A stretch of DNA of 21,533 nucleotides, taken from the IMG/VR virus record IMGVR_UViG_2713897073_000007. One strand, 5' to 3'. The notes beneath the pieces were generated by a model that saw only the letters and a list, made by a program, of their open reading frames with translations, did no database searches and was not told the origin of the DNA. Within the stretch, counting starts at the first letter, position 1, and the number at the start of each line of letters is the position of its first letter. A program made the translations under genes and the position numbers. Below are positions 1 through 6,852 of this stretch, in pieces. This DNA comes from a virus (Duplodnaviria; Heunggongvirae; Uroviricota; Caudoviricetes).

Positions 1-996
1 TTAACGAACCAGCCAGACCAGCATCAGGATAATCGCGACTAACAGTATCCACAGCGCGGGACGCGTTGCCATATTTTGCAACGTGTCCATCATCGGTGGA
101 AAAGGATTAAGCAGCGGTTGCATAACACGCGGATCAATCCCTTTAACCCGCCGTTGATAAAGCTGATTAAGAATATCCTCGGCCTGGGCAGAAGAAAGCG
201 ATGATTGCGCAGAAAGACCATATTTTTGCTGGATATATGCCGATAACGCCGCCAGTTCACTGGCATCTAAAGGTTGTTTTAGCGTCATCTGTAGTGATTC
301 CAGCGTCGGCGTATTTTGCTGGCTTAGCGTCTGACGCGCCTGTAGCCAGGTCACCAGATGGTTAAACAGTTTCGCTGGAATTAACTCGCCATCTTTCACC
401 CCGGAAAGTTCCAGCATCGATTGCCAGATCTGTTTGCTGGGTTCCCCCGTTGCCGCCGCAAGTTTGGTCACCAGCTGTTTTAGCGCATTGTGCTCCGCCG
501 GTAATAAAGGACGGTCGGTCGCCTCGCGCTGCTGTGGTTGCGGAATAACCATCTTCCCTTCCTGCAACAGGGTGAGAATGGTTTTTAATTGCTCCGGTGA
601 GAGCTGATTCAGCGGCGTCTGACCAAAGTTATGACGGATATAATCCGTGACCGCCTGACGATTATTCCCCAGACGTAAATACTCCCCTAATTGCGCTAAA
701 AGCTGGCGGGCAGAATGGCTTTTTTGCGCGGCCAGCAGACGTTGCGCCAGATTATGCTCAGCGGCAGGGAAGTGACGCGAAAGCAGCGGTGAATCTCCCG
801 ACAGACCAATATCGTGCCTGATACCCGCCCACAGTTCTGCTCTTTGCTGTTGCGTCAGTGAGGTCACTTTCGTCATTAAGCTTTCCAGCGAAGTACGTTG
901 CTGACTGGATAAAGGCTGATTGCCCGTGCCAGACGGCAGATTATCTCCCTGACCTGGTGGTTGCCCAGGAGGAGGGCCGGAAATAGGTTGTATCAT
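1..996 (-). CDS. flk: Flk-like tail-anchored inner-membrane protein (flagellar biosynthesis regulator Flk family); probable host core gene flanking the island
   Basis: 331-aa ORF with Pro/Gln-rich N-terminus (MIQPISGPPPGQPPGQ...) and a single hydrophobic helix at the extreme C-terminus (ALWILLVAIILMLVWLV); size and topology match Flk. Identification is from memory of the family, not a search. Confidence 0.45.
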   Translation of the reverse strand: MIQPISGPPPGQPPGQGDNLPSGTGNQPLSSQQRTSLESLMTKVTSLTQQQRAELWAGIRHDIGLSGDSPLLSRHFPAAEHNLAQRLLAAQKSHSARQLLAQLGEYLRLGNNRQAVTDYIRHNFGQTPLNQLSPEQLKTILTLLQEGKMVIPQPQQREATDRPLLPAEHNALKQLVTKLAAATGEPSKQIWQSMLELSGVKDGELIPAKLFNHLVTWLQARQTLSQQNTPTLESLQMTLKQPLDASELAALSAYIQQKYGLSAQSSLSSAQAEDILNQLYQRRVKGIDPRVMQPLLNPFPPMMDTLQNMATRPALWILLVAIILMLVWLVR

Positions 997-1199
997 TACG
1001 TATCCTTATACCTGAAATCTTCGCAAGTATGCCTGGCCGCGAGATTATGGCACACTTGTCCGGTTAACTCTCGTCTCATACAGGTAACACAAACGTGAAA
1101 ATCCTTGTTGATGAAAAAGATGTTGATTTAACTTTTTGATATAAAAGGATTTGTATCGGCGCATGTCCACGCAGTGACCACATTTTCGAGTTATAGATA

Positions 1200-1231
1200 A
1201 CACAAAGCCCGTTTTCACGGGCTTTGTGTTA
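1200..1231. terminator. Perfect 13-bp inverted repeat hairpin (AACACAAAGCCCG - 6 nt loop - CGGGCTTTGTGTT) just downstream of the minus-strand accessory operon and upstream of flk
   Basis: Read directly from sequence; GC-rich centre with U-rich stem ends; lies 15 nt after the stop at 1246. No clean T-run follows, so terminator function is inferred. Confidence 0.35.
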
Positions 1232-1245
1232 TCTGTGATTGTGGC

Positions 1246-2156
1246 TTAGCCGCATGATTTATACTGTTTCCAGTTACAGGCTTCTTGAAGCGGTTTTAGC
1301 GTGGTTGACAGGCCGTTTAAATTGAAAGTTGCACTTACAGGGCTTTCATTATAAGGGGTTATTTTTGCATACATTTTGTTTGAGTTGGCTAGTTTTCTGA
1401 TGAAGTTAATGTCATTGCCTTTATAAAAAACAGCCTTTGTATCTGTAGATACTAGCCAGTTTCGCTCAACTGCTTTCTGTTTATCAAGGCGATACAGCAT
1501 GCTGGTTTGTTCAAGGCCTAAATATACATCCCAATTAAGAAATACTTCGGTTTTCTTTTCTCGGCAAGCTATAAACAGAGTAGGGGTAACCGCTTCTCCA
1601 AATGGAGTTCTTATATAATCATCACTTTCTAACGATAAAATTACATTTTTCGAATCATCAATTGGCGATGTAGTAATGGATGTGTGCCATTTTCCTGTGT
1701 CTGTGGCTTTCTCTAATTTTGATTTAGATTGCGCAACTTTTTCCTGTGGAAATGGTTTATCGTAGCAGTTTATTCTAGTTTCTTTATCGTTTTCTGCTCG
1801 GCATTTAGATATCTCAGAAAGATTTGGTTGCTGAGCCTCTGTTGTTACTAGCTGTTTCGCTTTAGATTTTGAGCTTACAGGCGGAGTAAATGTTGGAGAA
1901 AAAAACGGTCATAACAAGATAAACGTCTGTCATCATCTTTCTCATCAGGGCATTGATCTCTGCTTTCGAATTTTTCAGCAACTGTCGTTCGAGTCGGTTG
2001 TATTGACTTATCATAACAAGAAAGTCTTTCTTTATTATTTTCTATTGCTCGGCACTGGAGTGATGACTTAAAGTTATTATGCTCAGTTGCTGCGTGAGCA
2101 GGTAGCACACTAATTGATATAAATGATGCACCTATAGAAATAATCATATTTTTCAT
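1246..2156 (-). pseudogene. Secreted Cys-motif repeat protein interrupted by a frameshift at a homopolymer (ORF 1875..2156 carries the signal peptide and two C-x8-9-RLxCYD motifs; the frame open from 1908 down to 1246 carries a third motif and about 220 further codons)
   Basis: N-terminal signal peptide MKNMIISIGASFISISVLPAHA-A. Motifs CRAIENNKERLSCYD, CPDEKDDDRRLSCYD in frame A and CRAENDKETRINCYD in frame B. Frame B has no ATG start of its own before 1500 and opens immediately after a stop at 1909-1911. The A7 run at 1899-1905 (T7 on the coding strand) sits exactly where the frames switch; one extra base would fuse them into an ORF of about 300 aa. Confidence 0.55.
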
Positions 2157-2160
2157 TTTG

Positions 2161-2493
2161 TTATCCCTTTGGTTTAGTAAGAAATACTAAATTTCCGATA
2201 ATGATATTGCAAATAACCCATAAGCCTCCAATAGCAATTAAACCTAAGCCCGTACCAATAACTGTACCGGCTTTTTCGGCATCGGATGTGGCGTTGTTTA
2301 TTATTTCACCCACCTCTCTTAGCCCAACACAAATCGTGTAGATTATAAAAATATTAAATAATATGAAAAAATACTTAATGAGTTCTCCAAAAAATGAACG
2401 TTTAAGTTTTTTCAGTTGTTTGCCACAAGCAGGGCAAGACAATACTGAATCGATCACCTCTTTCTGGCATTCAGGACATTTGATTAATGCCAT
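2161..2493 (-). CDS. Zinc-ribbon membrane protein (N-terminal CPxC...CPxC ribbon followed by two predicted transmembrane helices), AT-rich accessory gene
   Basis: ORF-track ORF 2161..2538; preferred start at the internal Met of MALIKCPECQKE..., which is preceded by AGGAGG at 8-nt spacing. Motifs CPECQ and CPACGK; hydrophobic stretches FFILFNIFIIYTICVGL and LGLIAIGGLWVICNIIIGNLVFL. Ends 4 nt before the downstream gene start at 2156 (operon). Confidence 0.6.
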   Translation of the reverse strand: MALIKCPECQKEVIDSVLSCPACGKQLKKLKRSFFGELIKYFFILFNIFIIYTICVGLREVGEIINNATSDAEKAGTVIGTGLGLIAIGGLWVICNIIIGNLVFLTKPKG

Positions 2494-2640
2494 ATAATCT
2501 GCCTCCTTTGGCTCTCTACTAGCTGACGTTTGTAACAAAACATTTTGATTTTATCAGACTTTTTATTGATATGTGTCAATTGATTAGCTGGTATAGAGTG
2601 AGACAGGATGCCTTATCGACCTTACTCTGGCAACTGATTG

Positions 2641-2660
2641 ACGGGGGATTGCTCCCCCGT
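2641..2660 (-). terminator. Stem-loop ACGGGGGA-TTGC-TCCCCCGT located 10 nt 3' of the hok-like stop; probable 3' structural element or terminator of the hok-like mRNA
   Basis: 8-bp perfect inverted repeat read from sequence; position relative to the toxin ORF matches the structured 3' end known for hok mRNAs. Confidence 0.4.
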
Positions 2661-2670
2661 CGCGGTTTCC

Positions 2671-2811
2671 TTACTGCTTACACTGTAAGAACGCCGCAAA
2701 CTCCGCTCCCCAGAAACTCATCCGTATTTCACACAGCGAACCGTGCAGCATCCAGATGATGAGGATTGCCGTCACGCAGAACGTGATGGCCGTAAGCGAT
2801 TTTTGCGACAT
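2671..2811 (-). CDS. hok: Hok/Gef-family type I toxin, 46 aa (MSQKSLTAITFCVTAILIIWMLHGSLCEIRMSFWGAEFAAFLQCKQ); below the ORF-track length cutoff
   Basis: Hand translation from ATG at 2811-2809 to TAA at 2673-2671, anchored on the ORF-track frames 2729..2941 and 2571..2759. Strong SD AAGGAG 8 nt upstream. N-terminal transmembrane helix followed by the family signature SLCEIR and a C-terminal E-x-AAF-L-x-C motif, as in Hok, Gef and HokA. Confidence 0.7.
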   Translation of the reverse strand: MSQKSLTAITFCVTAILIIWMLHGSLCEIRMSFWGAEFAAFLQCKQ

Positions 2812-2941
2812 AGCACTTGCTCCTTTTCCGGAGAGGCGCTAACCTTTCACTTGTCAAGGTAATGCGGTTAGGGCCTCGGTTAAACAGATATGTTTTCCGG
2901 GGCCTTTCCACATCCGGCCTTCGGGTATTCCCTCCGACCAT
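2729..2941 (-). CDS. mok: mok-like overlapping reading frame (70 aa) that starts upstream of and overlaps the hok-like ORF in another frame
   Basis: ORF-track ORF 2729..2941. The architecture (a roughly 70-codon frame overlapping most of hok, start about 130 nt upstream of the hok ATG) matches hok/mok/sok loci. The sequence itself is low-complexity, so the call rests on architecture. Confidence 0.45.
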   Translation of the reverse strand: MVGGNTRRPDVERPRKTYLFNRGPNRITLTSERLAPLRKRSKCYVAKIAYGHHVLRDGNPHHLDAARFAV

Positions 2942-3001
2942 CAGCCGAAAGGCACCCGCACGTAATCTATCGCTTTTTTGTTACTCCGGCAATTCTGCCT
3001 G

Positions 3002-3262
3002 TTAATCCTGAGGTAAAGGCAAACTCATCTGATTGTTTCCCCTGTGTGAAGCTGGCAGCTCATGCCACGGGATACCTTCTGATGAGTGAACGCCGGAGGC
3101 GTGTTTCGATGTGAATTTATGGAAAGCTTCCAGTGTTGAGAAGCATACGCCGCATTCCAGATTGTTACACTGGTAATACTTTTGCCGCACGGTGTTTGAA
3201 TCATTTTCCGGACGACTGGTGCGGATACGGGCAGATGCGCCACAAAGCGGACAACGGAACAT
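3002..3262 (-). CDS. ogr: Ogr/Delta-family zinc-finger late-gene transcription activator
   Basis: MFRCPLCGASARIRTSR...YYQCNNLECGVCF matches the P2 Ogr pattern MFHCPLC...RTSR...HQCQNVNC as recalled; Cys4 zinc finger; sits directly downstream of gene D as in P2. At 86 aa it is longer than P2 Ogr (72 aa). Confidence 0.85.
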   Translation of the reverse strand: MFRCPLCGASARIRTSRPENDSNTVRQKYYQCNNLECGVCFSTLEAFHKFTSKHASGVHSSEGIPWHELPASHRGNNQMSLPLPQD

Positions 3263-3304
3263 AGCGACCTCCCTTAACGTGGTGCTGCCGCTATTCTAAG
3301 TTGC

Positions 3305-4414
3305 TCACTCTGTTTCCGCTATCCATTCCGGGATTTTTGCCTCAAGCTCAAGCTGCGTGGTAAAGCCGCTGTTATCAATGGTGTGCCCGGCTTTTGCAAT
3401 AATCCAGTCCTGATTATCAATCTCGCTTTTAAATCCTGTTACCGTGCCATGCATTTCGGGGTAGAGCTCTGCACGTCCACGCGCCAGCGTGATGGAGAAT
3501 GATGCGGCTCCGCGTTGTAGTTGCTGCCACTTTGCCGCCGCTGCGCGTCTTGCTGCCTGCTCGTTCTGATAAGTCTTGCGTAACACAAACACATTGCCTT
3601 CCGCGCCTTCCATATAATCACCTTCACGGCTGCTGCTTTTCTCCTTTTTGGGTTTTGGCGGTTTACGGCGTTTCACGCTGACTTTTTTCTTTTTCCCGTA
3701 ATTAAGATCAAGCCAGTAGGCGCGTACCCCCGTATACGCCTCGCGGTCAGCAATGCGGAACTGATGGCGATCGCCGCTGCTGCGTGTAATGGCGAACGAG
3801 GGCAACGGCTGGCCCTGTGCGTTCACGCCACCACCTGGCATGATGAATAACAGATTGCCGCTTTTTACCGTGGTGATTGCACCCAGCATTTCCGCCATGC
3901 GCGTAAGGAAGGACATGTCGCTTTCTTCGGTCTGGTCGGCGTGGTCGATTTCGATATCCATCAGCATTTCGCTGATTTGCGGTTTCAGACCATACCGATG
4001 AGCGATGGCGGATACCACACGCTCAACGGTCACATCATGCCAGGACACCTCACGTTTAACGTTAAATTCATCCCAAAAATCTGCGCTTCTGGCTGAAACA
4101 GTCAGCCTGTCCGGCGGTCCTTCGTGAGCGATTTCATCAACAATGTAAGTGCCTTTTTCTGTCAGCGGTTCTCCCTTCCAGCCAATGAGAACCGTCAGGC
4201 GCGCGCCCCGTGGCGGTAGCTGCAACTGACCATCCGCATCATCCAGCGTGATGGTGAGCTGGTCCGCCTCAAATCCCCGGTTGTCGGTCAGTGACAGGCT
4301 CATCAGGCGCTCTGCCACGCCTGACAGCGTTTTACCCTCCGCGAGAATATCAAAATCCGGCATTTTTACGGGGTCTGTGCCCTGACTGAGCAATTGCATG
4401 GTGGTGTCGGTCAT
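3305..4414 (-). CDS. D: P2 gpD-like tail protein (late control gene D family)
   Basis: ORF-track ORF 3305..4546. Protein has the conserved SLSLTDNRGFEADQL block, a central Lys-rich stretch (KKKKVSVKRRKPPKPKKEK) and C-terminal NSGFTTQLEL typical of gpD. Preferred start is the internal Met of MTDTTMQLLSQ (about 4414), preceded by GGGAGGGAG. Confidence 0.85.
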   Translation of the reverse strand: MTDTTMQLLSQGTDPVKMPDFDILAEGKTLSGVAERLMSLSLTDNRGFEADQLTITLDDADGQLQLPPRGARLTVLIGWKGEPLTEKGTYIVDEIAHEGPPDRLTVSARSADFWDEFNVKREVSWHDVTVERVVSAIAHRYGLKPQISEMLMDIEIDHADQTEESDMSFLTRMAEMLGAITTVKSGNLLFIMPGGGVNAQGQPLPSFAITRSSGDRHQFRIADREAYTGVRAYWLDLNYGKKKKVSVKRRKPPKPKKEKSSSREGDYMEGAEGNVFVLRKTYQNEQAARRAAAAKWQQLQRGAASFSITLARGRAELYPEMHGTVTGFKSEIDNQDWIIAKAGHTIDNSGFTTQLELEAKIPEWIAETE

Positions 4415-4571
4415 CTGCTCCCTCCCTGTGCGGCATGGTCGCATGTGCGTGCGGAGGGGGTTACTGCTTTTTGTTGTCGCCGTGGCGAGAGAACGGCGCA
4501 GGGGTGAGATTACGCGCGTGGTGGGTGATGATTGTTGCCGAATCATTTAACGGATACAAGGGGCTGAAGCT

Positions 4572-5756
4572 ATGAGTGAAACTCGTTTTCATGGTGCCCG
4601 TGTTACGGAAAATACCGACCTGGTAACAGCGATTAACGATGTTGATTCCAGCGTTATCGGTATCGTGGCAACGGCGGATGATGCGGACGCGAAGCTGTTC
4701 CCGCTGAACAAGCCCACACTGCTGACCCGCGTCAATGACGTGCTGGGAAAATGCGGGACAACGGGGACGCTTTATCGTGCGCTTAAGGCCATCGCAGACC
4801 AGGTGAGTACAAAGGTGATCGTCGTTCGCGTGGCTGAACACAAAGAAGAAGACGGAAAAACGCAGGATCAACTGGTTATCGGTGGTTCTGAATCTGACGG
4901 CAGCTATACGGGGATGTATGCGCTGCTTGTTGCAGAGCAGGATGAAAGCATCGGATACCGTCCGCGTATTCTGGCCGCGCCGGAGCTGGACACGGAGGCG
5001 GTAACAAAATCCCTGTGCGTGATTGCGGGTAAACTGCGCGCGTTTGTGTATGCCTCATGTCACGGCTGTAACACGATGGCTGAGGCGATTACCTACCGCC
5101 AGAAATTCAACGAACGTGAGGTGATGCTCTTATGGCCGGACTTCATCGCCTACAACCCGAAAAGTGGCAAAAACGAAACGTTCCCCGCGCCTGCCTATGC
5201 GTGCGGCCTTCGTGCGTACATTGACCATGAGCAGGGTTGGCACAAATCGCTGTCCAACGTTCCGGTTAAAAATGTGCTGGGGATGTCCAGGCATGTGTTC
5301 TGGTCGTTGCAGGCCGAAGACAGTGATGCCAACAGCCTCAACAACAAAGAAATCACGACCATTATTCGTCGCAACGGGTTCCGCTTCTGGGGCAACCGCA
5401 CACCGGAAACGAACGCCTACATCTTTGAGGTGTATACCCGAACCGCACAGGTGCTGGCTGATTCAATTGCGGAAGCGCAGTTTGAAACCATCGATAGTCC
5501 ACTGACGCCTGCGAACGTGAAGGATGTTATCAGTGCCATCAGGGCAAAACTGGATTCACTGGTGACTGCCGGGAAACTGATTGGGGCGTCGTGCTGGTAT
5601 GACGTGGTGGATAACAGCACCACGAATTTACGTCAGGGGCGTGTGCGTATTCGCTACAAATATACGCCCGTTCCTCCGCTGGAAGACATGGAGCTTTACC
5701 AGTCGTTTACTGATGAATTCTTTGGTCCCGCATTTGCGGTGCTGGGAGGTGCCTGA
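4572..5756 (+). CDS. FI: Contractile tail sheath protein (P2 gpFI family)
   Basis: 394 aa; N-terminal region ...ADDADAKLFPLNKPTLLT... aligns with recalled P2 FI (...ASDADAETFPLNKPVLIT...); SD AAGGGG upstream; followed immediately by the tube gene. Confidence 0.9.
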   Translation: MSETRFHGARVTENTDLVTAINDVDSSVIGIVATADDADAKLFPLNKPTLLTRVNDVLGKCGTTGTLYRALKAIADQVSTKVIVVRVAEHKEEDGKTQDQLVIGGSESDGSYTGMYALLVAEQDESIGYRPRILAAPELDTEAVTKSLCVIAGKLRAFVYASCHGCNTMAEAITYRQKFNEREVMLLWPDFIAYNPKSGKNETFPAPAYACGLRAYIDHEQGWHKSLSNVPVKNVLGMSRHVFWSLQAEDSDANSLNNKEITTIIRRNGFRFWGNRTPETNAYIFEVYTRTAQVLADSIAEAQFETIDSPLTPANVKDVISAIRAKLDSLVTAGKLIGASCWYDVVDNSTTNLRQGRVRIRYKYTPVPPLEDMELYQSFTDEFFGPAFAVLGGA

Positions 5757-6268
5757 TGGCTGTACCAAAACATCTTCGCTTTTTTACGCTGTTTGTGGAT
5801 GGTGAAAACGAAGTGGGTAAGGTGACGTCCGTCACCCTGCCTAAACTGACGCGCAAAACCGACAGCTACCGGGGTGGTGGCATGATGGGTGCGGTAAGTA
5901 TTGATCTCGGTCTGGACGACTCCGCGCTTGATGCGAGCTTTGTCATGGGGGGCGCAGTTCGTGAGCTGTTCCTTAAGTATGGCGGCACGATTGACGGCAC
6001 GCTACTGCGTTTTGCGGGTGAATACTACACCGATGCAGAAAGCGACCTGTATGAAGTCGAAATGCGCGGACGCGTGACGGAAATTGATATGGGGGAAGCC
6101 AAACAGGGCGAAGCCACATCACACACTTACGCCATTAAAAACACCTACTACAAGCTGAGTGTTAACGATCGTCCGTTGTGGGAGATTGACCTGCTGAACT
6201 TCATTTACCGGAAGGACGGCAAGGACATTGTGCCCGATCGCATCCGTTCCGCGCTTGGGCTTGGCTGA
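5756..6268 (+). CDS. FII: Tail tube protein (P2 gpFII family)
   Basis: 170 aa; start overlaps the FI stop (TGATG); position and size match FII; N-terminal pattern ...FVDGENEVGKVTSVTLPKLTRKTDSYRGGGM resembles recalled P2 FII. Confidence 0.85.
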   Translation: MAVPKHLRFFTLFVDGENEVGKVTSVTLPKLTRKTDSYRGGGMMGAVSIDLGLDDSALDASFVMGGAVRELFLKYGGTIDGTLLRFAGEYYTDAESDLYEVEMRGRVTEIDMGEAKQGEATSHTYAIKNTYYKLSVNDRPLWEIDLLNFIYRKDGKDIVPDRIRSALGLG

Positions 6269-6322
6269 TAAGTAATATGCAGGCGGCGCAGTGCGTCGCC
6301 TCTGACTGAAAGGAGTTTCCTG

Positions 6323-6688
6323 ATGAAAGAGACGAAAAACATCGATACCGAAAACACGGTAGTTGCTGACACTGTGAAAGAAACCAGTGAGCGTGGCGTA
6401 AAACTTACCCAACCAATTGAGCGAGGCGGCGAAAAAATCACGTATGTGGAGATCACCGGGGCTATTGAGCAGGCTGGATCTCTGCGAGATTTGTCGCTGT
6501 CTGATGTGCTGAATCTGAAAGCGGAATCCATGTTTACGCTGCTGTCACGAGTGACATCACCGCGACTGGATGAAGTGACGATCAAAAAAATGGCATCCCG
6601 TGACTTTATTCAGTTATGTGTGGTTGCCGTAAATTTTTTGAGCGGTGCGGACTCTGGCGGGAAGAACGAACAGGCGACGGAAGCCTGA
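6323..6688 (+). CDS. E: Tail assembly chaperone gpE (zero-frame product)
   Basis: 121-aa ORF between the tube and tape-measure genes; contains the T TTT TTG slippery heptamer in frame; synteny with P2 E. Confidence 0.8.
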   Translation: MKETKNIDTENTVVADTVKETSERGVKLTQPIERGGEKITYVEITGAIEQAGSLRDLSLSDVLNLKAESMFTLLSRVTSPRLDEVTIKKMASRDFIQLCVVAVNFLSGADSGGKNEQATEA

Positions 6689-6852
6689 TCACGGTTGTGT
6701 GCTTTGAGCACATAGAAGACTTTGTGGCAGATATTGCCGTTATTTTTAACTGGTCGCCCGCCGAAATCTTCATGATGACGCCCGGCGAAGTGGTTAGCTG
6801 GCGTGAGCGGGCGGCACTTCGCAGCGGGAATGCAGACAATGAAGACTCTTGA
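6323..6852 (+). CDS. E': gpE+E' fusion product made by programmed -1 ribosomal frameshift at 6634-6640
   Basis: ORF-track frame 6616..6852 is -1 relative to E and is closed by a TGA at 6601-6603, so it can only be entered by slippage downstream of that point. The heptamer T TTT TTG at 6634-6640 is in the correct zero-frame register. The E' frame ends by overlapping the tape-measure start. Confidence 0.7.
6634..6640 (+). other. Slippery heptamer T TTT TTG (programmed -1 frameshift site for E/E')
   Basis: Read directly; E-frame codons AAT TTT TTG (N F L), -1 frame codons TTT TTT GAG (F F E), matching both ORF-track translations (VNFLSGADS and KFFERCGLW). Confidence 0.7.

Noticed and set aside
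2540-3000. Possible tRNA or tmRNA fragment marking an att site next to ogr
   Set aside because: No cloverleaf-compatible arrangement or recognisable tRNA 3' end could be found by eye; a covariance-model scan would be needed to exclude it.
2571-3114. Plus-strand ORFs 2571..2759, 2817..3005 and 2890..3114 (62-74 aa)
   Set aside because: They overlap the hok/mok-like locus and the ogr 3' end, lack ribosome-binding sites and have low-complexity translations; the region is better explained as a structured toxin mRNA on the minus strand.
3025-3243. 72-aa minus-strand ORF overlapping ogr in another frame
   Set aside because: It is fully contained within the ogr gene; the ogr frame has the recognisable zinc-finger signature and the alternative frame does not.
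4415-4571. Ogr-dependent late promoter (TGT-N12-ACA) upstream of FI or D
   Set aside because: No match to the element could be found in the D/FI intergenic region by eye, so no late promoter is annotated.
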